Made by a program: the position numbers and the translations under genes. A stretch of 64,000 nucleotides of DNA from Selaginella moellendorffii (lineage: Eukaryota > Plantae > Lycopodiophyta): positions 365,517 to 429,516 of the forward strand of contig NW_003314370.1 of the NCBI RefSeq assembly GCF_000143415.4. The letters are read 5' to 3'. The stretch's first letter is position 1, and the number at the start of each line of letters is the position of its first letter. Positions 11,058 through 21,869 of this stretch are shown piece by piece. The notes beneath the pieces are model-generated. The model was not told the DNA's origin, did no database searches, and saw nothing but the letters and a program-made list of their open reading frames with translations.

Positions 11058-13142
11058 CTACCTGTTAGAGAGGTCCACAACTTTTTCGCTCAGCTTTGAG
11101 CACATTTGAGCGCAGTGTCTTGCTTCGCGCTGAAGGATCGAATCCACTGTTCCACGGCAGAGTTTTCCAAAGCAAGAAGTGCACTCCCGGACGAGTAACT
11201 CCCTGGCCTTGCTGCTGTTCCCGTTATGTTGTGCGAAGACTGTTAGCAAAGTAAGCAAGCCTTCGTAGCCTGGAGCTGTGAAGGAAAGAGCCTCCATGAT
11301 AGCTTCCCATGGCGGAGGTGCCTGTCTCGTTATAAACTTCTCAAACTCCTCTCGGTTTAGAAGGTAGACTTCGTATGCTTTGTAGTACGAGGCCCGCATC
11401 CAGCGCTTGTGCCGCTGAGCATCCGGACCTTTCCATCTGCTTATCATCTTCTCTACCTTGCAAGCCATCTCGCTCACTTCGAACAAGTCCAAGTTGCTCG
11501 GCTCCTCGAGCATCTTTTCCATCTTGATACCAGAGTTTACGAGATCCCGGTTCTCGGAATGGAGCTTCGACTCAAAGTGGCACCTCTCGCAAGCGCACTC
11601 AAATCCCCAGCGAGACTTTGTCTGCCTGCTTCTCACGTCCCACGGCATGAAAGGATCCAGGTATGCCAAGGTAACTTCGTCGCCCGCTTTCAAGTCCCTT
11701 GCCGCTCTCACGAGCGAGGCAGATCCCACGGCCTTCTGTGTGGCGCTCGGACAACACGAATGGTTGGCAAAGGCCGTGAGAATCCACAGCCCGGATAGAA
11801 ACTCGCGTCGCCGCTCTAGTCCTATCACCCGCTCGAACTTGTACCCATAATCGATGGAAGTCTTCCTTGCGCAAGCCGGAATGTCGATGAATCCGATCCT
11901 CTGCTGCCAGTTTGTATTCGGCTTGAAGAGATCCAGCTCTGGAATCTCATCGGACTCTACAAGTGATACCAGCTGCTCCAAACTTCTACCCGAGGCCATG
12001 CAGTTTCGGACCATCTGTGCAAGAAGATCACTCTCTGCCGGGAGTTTTTCTGAGTCGTGCATAGCAGACAAGGGGTGGCAAAAGAAAAAAACGTCCCCGG
12101 CCTTTACATCCTGTGTTGCAAACAGTCCCCTTCCTTTCCCATCTGGAGACATGCCGATGCTCACAGCACCGACAAATTCTCCACACTCGGGCGTGGATTC
12201 TCCCGACTCCCTGCTCAAGTAGTACTCGTTCAGATCGAAATGTCCCTGCTCGCTATGCTCTAAGAACCTCTTGCATATTTCCATCTCCCTAGAATTATCG
12301 TCCACCAGACCAGACGACTCGAAGCATTCTAGAGCTGCTCGATAGTCATGAAGTTTCAAGAGAGCTCTTGCTTTCCTCAGTAGATTCTCGGAGGAGAATG
12401 GACCCTCCGGCTGGAGTTTCAATGCCATCTCGGCATCCTCGAGAGCCTTGTCGAAAAGTCCTGCTCGCAGCCAACCCTCTGATCGATAAGACAGCGCTGC
12501 AATCCTGTCTTCCTTCTCAGAACTCTCGTGAACAAAGTTGGCGAAGAGATGCGCTGCGCGAATGTACTCATGGTTTTCCAAAGCAACCATCGCGATTTTC
12601 CACGGATCTTCGTCACTGCCTTCCAGTTCTATTCCCGAGATCTCTAGCGAAGCTGGGTTGAGCACCTCGATGCATGGAACACCATCCTTGGCGAAGGAGA
12701 CCACGGGATCCCTGATAGCCACCGTCGCATCTCTCGGAAACCACTGCCGAGCTTCCTTTTCCGTCCACCAGGAGCTCGCGAAGTTGCAAAGGAAGAGGTA
12801 GTAGCGGAAGCTCTGCTCGTCTTCCACGACGTGAACAATGATCCCTTCCCTGACCTCGGCATCGATGCACAGCTTCCCCTGGAGCAATCTCCCAGTAAAA
12901 TGCTGCTTCGTGAGATCCTTCCCGCGAGCTTCCCTGATCTCGGCCAGCGAAATCGGTTCCAATCCAAGAACACTGCTGTGTGATCGTTGAGAGCGCTGGC
13001 TTTGATTGCTTTGAAAGAATGGAAGAAGAGCGCTGGACTTACCAGATCGTATCAACGCCCTGGCATTCTGGATGGATCGCCTCGCAGCGCTCCACAGCGC
13101 CATCCAGGAATCGCTTGCCCTAAAATTTGATCCATCCAGCAT
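11058..13142 (-). CDS. TPR + SET domain lysine methyltransferase with extra N-terminal domain, intronless (start may be 13103)
   Basis: TPR ALSYRSEGWLRAGLFDKALEDAEMAL; SET motifs GKGRGLFATQDVKAGD, ANHSCCPS, AARDLKAGDEVTLAY; post-SET WGFECACERC. Confidence 0.9.
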   Translation of the reverse strand: MLDGSNFRASDSWMALWSAARRSIQNARALIRSGKSSALLPFFQSNQSQRSQRSHSSVLGLEPISLAEIREARGKDLTKQHFTGRLLQGKLCIDAEVREGIIVHVVEDEQSFRYYLFLCNFASSWWTEKEARQWFPRDATVAIRDPVVSFAKDGVPCIEVLNPASLEISGIELEGSDEDPWKIAMVALENHEYIRAAHLFANFVHESSEKEDRIAALSYRSEGWLRAGLFDKALEDAEMALKLQPEGPFSSENLLRKARALLKLHDYRAALECFESSGLVDDNSREMEICKRFLEHSEQGHFDLNEYYLSRESGESTPECGEFVGAVSIGMSPDGKGRGLFATQDVKAGDVFFFCHPLSAMHDSEKLPAESDLLAQMVRNCMASGRSLEQLVSLVESDEIPELDLFKPNTNWQQRIGFIDIPACARKTSIDYGYKFERVIGLERRREFLSGLWILTAFANHSCCPSATQKAVGSASLVRAARDLKAGDEVTLAYLDPFMPWDVRSRQTKSRWGFECACERCHFESKLHSENRDLVNSGIKMEKMLEEPSNLDLFEVSEMACKVEKMISRWKGPDAQRHKRWMRASYYKAYEVYLLNREEFEKFITRQAPPPWEAIMEALSFTAPGYEGLLTLLTVFAQHNGNSSKARELLVRECTSCFGKLCRGTVDSILQREARHCAQMCSKLSEKVVDLSNR

Positions 13143-13165
13143 AGACTATTTGCCATGCCCGCCAA

Positions 13166-15439
13166 ATGCTCGATTCCAGTCTGTTCTTCGATCGATCCAG
13201 CTACGCGCAGCTCTTGAGACAATCCCGCGATCTGGACGACTGCCGCCGGCTCGAGGCCAGCGTGCTGGGCAGCGAGCACCGCCGCGATCTCTTCCTCCGA
13301 AACCTGATCATCGAAATGTATGGCAGATGCGGCAGCGTGCGCGACGCCAAGCGCGCATTCGACGCGATCGCGATCCCAAACGTCTTCTCCGCCAACATCC
13401 TCATCGCCGCCTACGCCCGCGCTGGGAATCTCGCTGGCGCTCGCGGCGTCTTCGATGGAATGAGAGAGAGGAACGTTGTAACCTGGAACGAAGTAATCAC
13501 TGCATATTCCCACTGTGGCATGGTCGACGAGGCCTGGATGCTGTTTCAACGGATGCCCACGCGCGACGTTGTGTCGTGGACGGCCATGATCACAGCGTTT
13601 GCCATTGCTGGGGACTCTGAGGGCGCGAGGTCTGTGTTTGATACCATGCCTCATAGAACTATCGTTTCATCAAATGCTATTCTCACTGCCTATCTAGAGA
13701 ACGGATCGTTTTACGAGGCGATTGATTTCTTTGATCGAATGGAAAAAAGGAATCTTCTCACATGGACGGCGATCGTCACAGCACTTGCCCAAAGGGGGCA
13801 TTTGGACAAAGCAAAGAGTTTCTTTGATCGAATGCCGCAACGCAGCTTGATCGCCTGGAATGCCGTGATTGTTGGCTACTGTCGCGAGCCCGAGCGATTG
13901 GACGAGGCCAGGGAGCTTTTCGATGCTATGCCGGAGAGAGATTGTGTGTCTTGTAATGCAATGATCGGCATCTATGGCGATAGAGGAGACATCGCTCAAG
14001 CAAGAACGATATTCTCGCAATTCCGGGGCGAGGAAAGTGTGTCTCTGAGCACGGCGATGGTCGTGGCATATTCGCACAATGGGCATTTGCTTGAGGCTAG
14101 GAATGTGTTTGATAGAGCGCTGGAAAAGGATATAGTGTTGTGGAATGCAATGCTTTGTGGATACGCACACAACAGTTGTTTAGATCAAGCACGGAGTTTT
14201 CTTAGCATAATGCCCGAGTATAACACGGCCACCTGGAATATTCTAATAACCGCAAATGCCCGGGAGAGAGATGTTTCGTTAGCCAGGGAAGTTTTTGACA
14301 AAATGCCTGTCGAAAAGAATGTAGTGACATGGAATGCATTGCTAGGCGCTCTCTCTCAAAATGGCCTCTGTCAAGAGGCACTGAGGCTTTTTCGGCTTAT
14401 GGATCTGGAGGGAATGCCCTTGAATGAAGTGACTCTAGTCACAGCACTAGATTCCTGCGTGGAGATTGAAGATGCGAGAATCCTCCACGACTGTATAAAT
14501 GGAAAAGGCTACGGTTGTAGTGTTTTGCTAGGAAATGCGCTTGTAAGTTTGTATTCTAGATGTGGGTCTCTAGAAGATGTGAAGTGTGCTTTCGATTCGA
14601 TGCCCACCCATAGCATATCATCGTGGAATACCATGATCGTTGCATATAGCCGGAATGGACATATAGATCTGGCAAAGACAATGTTCCAGCAAATGCCACA
14701 GAGGAATATCCTTTCCTTGAATTCGATGGTCTCCGCATATACCCAAAATGGCCATAGTGACTTGGCAATTGAATTAAAGTCCAGCCAATTTGATGAAGTA
14801 ACACTAGCGGCATTGGTTGATGCGTGTGCTAGCTTGAGTGACCCTTTGGAGGGGAGACTAATCCACAGAGAGGCCGTCACAGCGGGGCTCCAGTCGGATC
14901 TAACGGTCAGGAACTCGCTGATCAACATGTACGGCAAATGCGGCAGCGTGCGGGAGGCCGCGACTGTCATGGAGACAATGACGTGCCGTGACGTGCTGAC
15001 CTGGAATGCCATGCTGACGGCCTATTGCCAGAACAGCATGATCCCAAGTGGACTGGAGATGTTGCTGGTGATGAGGATGGAGGGGATCGAGCCGGATACC
15101 GCCACGCATTCCATCCTACTGTCGGCATTTAGCCACGCTGGCATGGTGGAAGATGCCTGCGCGTACGTGGCTGGATTTGCCGGGCATTTGGACTCCGACC
15201 ACTACATGTGCGTGGTGGATCTCCTTGGCCGCGCTGGCATACTTGATATGGCGTGGATGCTGATTCAGAAGGCGCCACGTCAGAAAGGGGACGATCCCTT
15301 GCTGCCGTGGACAACACTCCTTGCGGCGTGTAGAATGCACGGGGATGGAAACACTGGCTTAAACGCCGCAAAGAATGCGATTAGTTTAAAACCTTGTAAA
15401 TCATCGCCCTACATTCTCGCCTCCTCAACCATGTGGTGA
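13166..15439 (+). CDS. PLS-class PPR protein (many short S-type repeats) with truncated E domain
   Basis: Intronless 757 aa. Repeats such as AxxxFDxMPxRxxVSWxAMIxAY; MYGKCGS. Ends WTTLLAACRMHGD..SSPYILASSTMW; no DYW domain. Confidence 0.93.
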   Translation: MLDSSLFFDRSSYAQLLRQSRDLDDCRRLEASVLGSEHRRDLFLRNLIIEMYGRCGSVRDAKRAFDAIAIPNVFSANILIAAYARAGNLAGARGVFDGMRERNVVTWNEVITAYSHCGMVDEAWMLFQRMPTRDVVSWTAMITAFAIAGDSEGARSVFDTMPHRTIVSSNAILTAYLENGSFYEAIDFFDRMEKRNLLTWTAIVTALAQRGHLDKAKSFFDRMPQRSLIAWNAVIVGYCREPERLDEARELFDAMPERDCVSCNAMIGIYGDRGDIAQARTIFSQFRGEESVSLSTAMVVAYSHNGHLLEARNVFDRALEKDIVLWNAMLCGYAHNSCLDQARSFLSIMPEYNTATWNILITANARERDVSLAREVFDKMPVEKNVVTWNALLGALSQNGLCQEALRLFRLMDLEGMPLNEVTLVTALDSCVEIEDARILHDCINGKGYGCSVLLGNALVSLYSRCGSLEDVKCAFDSMPTHSISSWNTMIVAYSRNGHIDLAKTMFQQMPQRNILSLNSMVSAYTQNGHSDLAIELKSSQFDEVTLAALVDACASLSDPLEGRLIHREAVTAGLQSDLTVRNSLINMYGKCGSVREAATVMETMTCRDVLTWNAMLTAYCQNSMIPSGLEMLLVMRMEGIEPDTATHSILLSAFSHAGMVEDACAYVAGFAGHLDSDHYMCVVDLLGRAGILDMAWMLIQKAPRQKGDDPLLPWTTLLAACRMHGDGNTGLNAAKNAISLKPCKSSPYILASSTMW

Positions 15440-15557
15440 TATCAATCCCCATGCTTTATTGTGGGTGCTGTGAGGCCGTGTAAGCAATATCTGTGAGATC
15501 AAATATTTACATTGTCTGGTGTGTATCCTTCATGGTCCCTTGACGCTGACTATAAGT

Positions 15558-15935
15558 AGTCAATTTCAAGTATAGTCAACAAAAAGTCCAAACCGTGTCC
15601 AAGTGCCGGTGCCAACGCATGGAGTTGGTTTTGTTTGTTTAGAAATTCCAGACAGAAGCCCACTTTTCCAGGGAAGTCAAAACCTGCCCATCCGACGTGT
15701 CGAACGACTATTAGGTGATCGCTTGTCCGGGCATTGACGAAGAGAGTTTGCATTTAGGACGGGCTCCACCTCGGATGCCAGCTCGGCATTTCTATCGTGG
15801 ACGGGCAGCCGTCGGATCGATCGTCGGCTCGTAAGAGTACTCCTTACACGTGAAAGATGCGGCTTACCGGCCATTGGCTTTCAAAAACCCTCCACACACA
15901 TTCCCTCCCTCCGTGTTGTTATGGGCCTTATATAT
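15558..15935 (+). promoter_or_regulatory. W-box cluster and TATA-like box upstream of the ABCG/PDR gene
   Basis: AGTCAA (reverse complement TTGACT) at 15558, 15574 and 15675; tatatat at about 15929. Short motifs only; function inferred. Confidence 0.3.
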
Positions 15936-16088
15936 CCTTGCCTCTGGAAAGAACAGGGCAAAATATTTTGGGCTTGTCGAGACGATCGCCGCCCTGGTTC
16001 TTGATGATTCTTGATCAGCTGAATCGCTTGCCGGCGCAGCGTCTGCTCGATTAGGTCTGATTCAGCGCCAGTTCTTGCGCGGATCGCC

Positions 16089-19000
16089 ATGGATTCTTCG
16101 GCGGGGTCGATATTTCTTGTCAAGGGCTCCAGCTTGCGATCGATGAGCCGCGGCAGCAGCGTCTTCTCGATCGAGTCCGGCAGGGAGTACGATGAGGAGG
16201 ACGCATTCAAATGGGCGTCGCTGGAGAAGCTGCCGACTTACAATCGCATGCGCACGGCGCTGCTGCCCAGCCCCGCCGACGACGACGAGGCCGGCAAGTT
16301 CAAGCACAATGAGATCGATGTCACTCGGCTCCAGGGGCAGGAAAGGCGCATTCTTGTGCAGCGGATTTTCAGGGTCGCGGAGCGCGATAACGAGCGAATG
16401 CTGCGCAAGCTGCGAGAGCGAATCAATTTGTAAGTGCGATTGCTCTGCGTTTTTTTTTTTTTTCCCTGTCCGAGGCTTTGCGATTAATTTTTCCTATCAC
16501 AGGGTCGGGATCCAATTGCCAAGAATTGAAGTGAGGTTTGAAAACTTGAGCCTGGAAGCCTCGGTGCACATAGGACGAAGAGCTCTTCCCACGCTCTACA
16601 ATTTCACGATCGACGCAATTGAGGTAAGTCGTGAATCCTATGTATGCTCGAATTATCTTCACTGGTTCCAAATTTCCTTGTAGAGCATCTTACAAATTCT
16701 CAACCTTTCATTCTCCAAGAAGAAGCAGCTTCACATTTTGCGGGATGTTAGTGGCGTCATCAAGCCCAGCAGGTTCTTTTCTTTTTCTATATCTTCTCTC
16801 GGAGATCTAGAACGAGTGAACTTACGGTCCTTTCAGGATGACACTGCTTCTGGGTCCACCTAGTTCGGGAAAGACGAGTCTGTTGCTGGCGCTTGCCGGA
16901 AGGCTTGATCCATCCTTGAAGGTAATAACGATCCAGCGAGTTCGTGTGCTTCAAAGGCACTATGTTTGTTGTAGGTTCGTGGTAAGGTGACATACAATGG
17001 GCATGACATGACCGAATTTGTACCGCACAAGACATCAGCTTATATCAGCCAGCATGATTTACATACTGCCGAGATGACAGTTAGAGAGACGCTTGATTTC
17101 TCTGGGCGCTGTCAAGGAGTGGGTACCAGATACGGTGCGTATTGTTTCTTTTTCTGTGTCGTCTTTTCTTTTTAGTTTTCTATTTTCATAACCTTCTGCT
17201 TTAACAGAGATGCTGTCGGAGCTCTCGAGACGGGAACTTATGATGCGCGTAAAGCCCGACGCCGAATTGGACGCTTTTCTTAAGGTGAGTATTGGTCGGT
17301 TTGCCAAGAAGCAATAAAAAAATCCATGGAGCCTAAACTCAGCTTCGTATTTGACAGGCAACTGCAGTTGAAGGACAAGAGACGAATATTGTGACAGACT
17401 ACGTTCTCAAGGTAAATGTTTTTTACAACCTACTTGCTTTGAAAATTTACCAAGTTCGAGTATGTTTTTAAGTGTAGATCCTTGCGTTGGACCTTTGTGC
17501 GGACGCTATGGTCGGGGACAATATGCGAAGGGGTATCTCAGGGGGCCAGAAAAAGAGACTCACAACTGGTACATTTTCACTGGGAAGATGACTCTGGCCT
17601 AACGAAACTTTTTATCTTCCTGCACAGGAGAAATGTTGGTTGGACCTGCTAGAGCTCTTTTCATGGATGAGATATCCACCGGGCTGGACAGTTCAACAAC
17701 TTTCCAGATTGTTAAATGCTTAAGGCAGACTGTTCATCTCATGGATGCTACCATGCTTGTCTCCCTTCTTCAACCTGCACCGGAAACGTTTGAGCTCTTC
17801 GACGATGTTATTCTGCTGTCCGAAGGTAGGATAGTGTACCAGGGTCCTCGTGAAAGAGTTTTAGACTTCTTTGCTATGATGGGATTCAAGTGTCCACAAC
17901 GAAAGGGCGTTGCGGATTTTCTCCAGGAGGTACCATTTAATATATATATGGCTTTCACTCCCGCTAATGTGGTGTTTTCTTTCCAGGTAACATCATTGAA
18001 AGATCAACAACAATACTGGGCAGACAGGACTCAACCATATCAATACGTTTCTGTAGATGAATTCGCGGAGGCATTTTCGAAGTTCAGCGTTGGCCATCAG
18101 CTTTCCCAAGACCTTGCAGTTCCATTCGACAAGTCTAGCAGTCATCCGGGTGCACTAGTCACCTATAATCACGCGCTGAGCAACTGGGAGTTGCTAAGAG
18201 CCTGCTTGTCACGAGAAGCATTGCTGATGAAGCGCAATAGTTTCGTGTACATTTTCAAGACGGTCCAGGCAAGTTGTTGTCATTCGGGCTTTTTTCTCAA
18301 GAGCTTACGTGGTCTTTTTTTTTTAATACAGTTTGCAATAACAGCATGTATAGCAATGACTGTGTTTTTGCGCACCAAAATGCATCATAGCACCGTCGGT
18401 GATGCAAATATTTACATGGGAGCTCTATTCTTTGGAGTGCTCGCTGTAATGTTCAACGGGTTGGCGGAGCTTGTGATGACAGTTGAACGACTTCCCGTGT
18501 TCTACAAGCAACGGGACTTAATGTTCTATCCTGCTTGGGCGTATTCCCTTCCTTACATAGTACTGAGGATACCATTGTCAATCATTGAACCCGCCATATG
18601 GGTGCTTCTAAGTTACTGGGTTATCGGTTTCGCTCCTGAAGCTACAAGGTACGCATATTTGTCAGCTATGAGCAACCAACGAGTGTGGACTTTGAAACCA
18701 GGGTATTGCAACACTTCATTGTGCTTGTCTTCGCTCACCTAATGTCAGGAGGACTCTTTCGATCTCTAGCCGCCCTTGGACGGACCCGAGTTGTGGCAAA
18801 CACATTTGGCTCATTTGCCTTGCTGATTATTTTTGTGATGGGAGGCTTTGTCCTATCTAGAGGTAACAACGTCGCCATGCTCACAAGGAAACTAACTGTT
18901 TCCTATGAACAGAAAATATCCCTTCATGGTGGACGTGGGCTTATTGGACTTCACCTATGATGTACGCCCAAAATGCTATCTCTGTTAACGAGTTTGAAGC

Positions 19001-21828
19001 AGAAAGATGGCAAAAGGTACGTGTACTAGAATGTTAGCATCCCTACATCTCACAAATGCCATTTCACTTATGCAGCCCGTTCTTAACTCTACTGGTAGTA
19101 TTGGAACAGAAATTTTGCATGCCCGTGGACTCTTTTCCGGTTCTAGCTGGCTATGGATCGGGATAGGGGCACTATTTGGATTCTCGATCTTGCTAAACGC
19201 CATCTTTGTTCTTGCCATGACTTATCTGAGAGGTACTTGCAATTGTATCTCTGTTATAACGTTTGCTGAACCACGTCAAATTCAGCTCCCGGAAAACCTC
19301 AAGCAGCTGTTTTGGAAGAAGAAACGACGAATGCGACCATTTCTCGTCGGTACTCTGGAAAAAGCTCTAACCGCTACTCTCATAGTCGTGGTAATTCGTT
19401 GTCATTTATTTGCCACCCGTTTCGTCTCTGATTAAGCTCTGGCTTCAGGCATTGAGATGTCGATTCGGGATGCTCAGGATATTGAGTCGGGTGGAATCTC
19501 AAAGCGGGGAATGGTGCTACCGTTTCAGCCTCTTGCTCTATCCTTCCATCATGTGAACTATTACGTCGATTTGCCATCGGTGAGTTTATTTTGTTGTATA
19601 CGTGAATTTCTTAACGCGTAATGAACAACAGGCAATGAAGCAGCCAGACGCAGACACGCAAAGGTTACAGCTACTGCGTGATGTTAGTGGTTCATTCAGG
19701 CCGGGAGTTCTTACGGCACTGGTGGGAGTCAGCGGTGCTGGCAAAACTACATTGATGGATGTCCTGGCTGGAAGGAAAACTGGTGGATACATTGAAGGTG
19801 ATATCAGAATATCTGGATACACGAAGAAGCAAGAAACGTTTGCAAGAGTAGCTGGATACTGCGAACAGACAGACATTCATTCTCCCAACGTGACCGTGTA
19901 CGAGTCACTGGTTTTCTCTGCTTGGCTTCGTCTGCCTCGAGTGGTTGACAGAAAAACCAGAGAGGTAATTTATATCTTGGTTTTTGTTTGTAGACTAAAA
20001 AATTTTCTTCTCTGACAGATGTTCTTAGAAGAGGTCATGGAACTAGTGGAACTTACTCCTCTGAAAGATGCACTGGTGGGCTTTCCTGGCGTGGATGGTC
20101 TTTCCACCGAGCAAAGAAAAAGGCTGACAATAGCAGTGGAGCTGGTTGCGAACCCTTCAATTATTTTTATGGACGAGCCAACCACAGGGCTGGATGCACG
20201 GGCAGCGGCAATAGTCATGCGCACTGTGAGAAATACTGTCAACACTGGGAGAACAGTCGTCTGCACAATCCATCAACCAAGCATTGACATATTCGAAGCT
20301 TTTGACGAGGTAAGTTGTTTCTTTTCATGAAAAACACAGGAATTCTAAATGACCAACCGGATGTTTCGTAATGCAGCTTTTGTTGATGAAATATGGTGGA
20401 AGAATAATCTACGCAGGTCCCCTCGGTCAGAATTCTCAAAACTTGACAGACTATTTCCAAGTAAGCATTTTCATCCACATTCAGTGTTACTCAACCCTTT
20501 ACATTACATTGCAGGCACTTGAGGGTGTCCCAAGGATAAAAGAAGGTTATAATCCAGCAACATGGATGCTTGAAGTAACGTCCGCGACAGTGGAGAGCCA
20601 GATAGGCGTGGATTTTGCCGAACACTACAGGAATTCTTCTCTTTATCAGTACGTACTTTCTCTGATGATATGACTTCTCACGTTGTGAGCTTTTTTCCAC
20701 ATCCAGGAGGAACGAGGCGATGATAAAGGAGCTCTCAGCCCCGGCTCCAGGCAGCAGTGACCTCGAATTCTCGAGCACTTTCGCCAGATCGTTCACGGAG
20801 CAGTGTGTGGCGTGCCTGTGGAAGCAGCAGTGGTCGTACTGGCGCAATCCAACGTACTGCGCCGTGAGATTGTTCTACACATTGGCATGCGCGCTGCTCT
20901 TTGGTAGCATGTTCTGGCGACTGGGATCCAACAGGTCTGTCTCGTCCTTCCTTTTCTTTTACTTTTTCTCTAGAAAGCTTTTGCCGATATGGAAGATCTC
21001 TATACTGCGCAGGAATAACCAGCAGGACATTCTCAATCTCTTGGGATTCTTCTACGCTGGTGTCCTTGGGATTGGTCTCAACAACGCATCCACGGTACAA
21101 TCGGTTGTAGAGATTGAGCGCGTTGTGTACTATCGCGAGAAAGCCGCTGGCCTCTACTCGGCATTCTCATACGTGATTGCTCAGGTTAAGCAATATTTAC
21201 CATCTTGCATGGTTTTAATCCTTGGAACTTTTATCTCTCCCAGGTGATTATTGAGCTTCCTCACGTATTCCTCCAAGCCGTGCTACACGTCGCCATTACT
21301 TACCCCGCGGTGAATCTCGAGTGGACGGCCGCCAAGTTTATGTGGAACCTCTTCTTCGTCTACTTCTCCTTCCTCATCTTCACCTTCTATGGAATGATGG
21401 CCGTTGCTATCACGCCCAACGAGCAGATCGCCGCCGTCATCTCCAGCGCCTTTTACCTCGTCTGGAACCTCTTCTCAGGCATGGTCATTCCGTACAAGGT
21501 AAGGATCAAAGCTTCCATCCATTTGTATGTATGTCTTTGACGATTCTCTTGCTTGCAGAAAATCCCAGTGTGGTGGAGATGGTACTACTGGGCGAATCCC
21601 ATTGCCTGGTCTCTGTACGGTCTCCTCACATCGCAGCTGGGCGACGTAGAGACGCTCATTGCGGTGCCTGGTGTTGGCATGCAGTCCGTGAAGAGCTTCC
21701 TGGAGGACTACTTTGGCTTCCACCACGATTTTCTCGGCGTTGTGGCGGCGGCCCACGTTGGAATTGTTATCCTGTGCATCTCGGTGTTTGCGCTCGGGAT
21801 CAAGCACTTGAATTTCCAAAACAGATGA
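16089..21828 (+). CDS. ABCG: Full-size ABCG (pleiotropic drug resistance, PDR) transporter, about 24 exons
   Basis: [24 protein letters not shown] (Walker A, NBD1), [48 protein letters not shown] (NBD2), [22 protein letters not shown]-terminus LNFQNR*. Confidence 0.95.
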
Positions 21829-21869
21829 CACTTTCCCTGGTGTATAGATCGAAAGAAAAGAAATCGATA

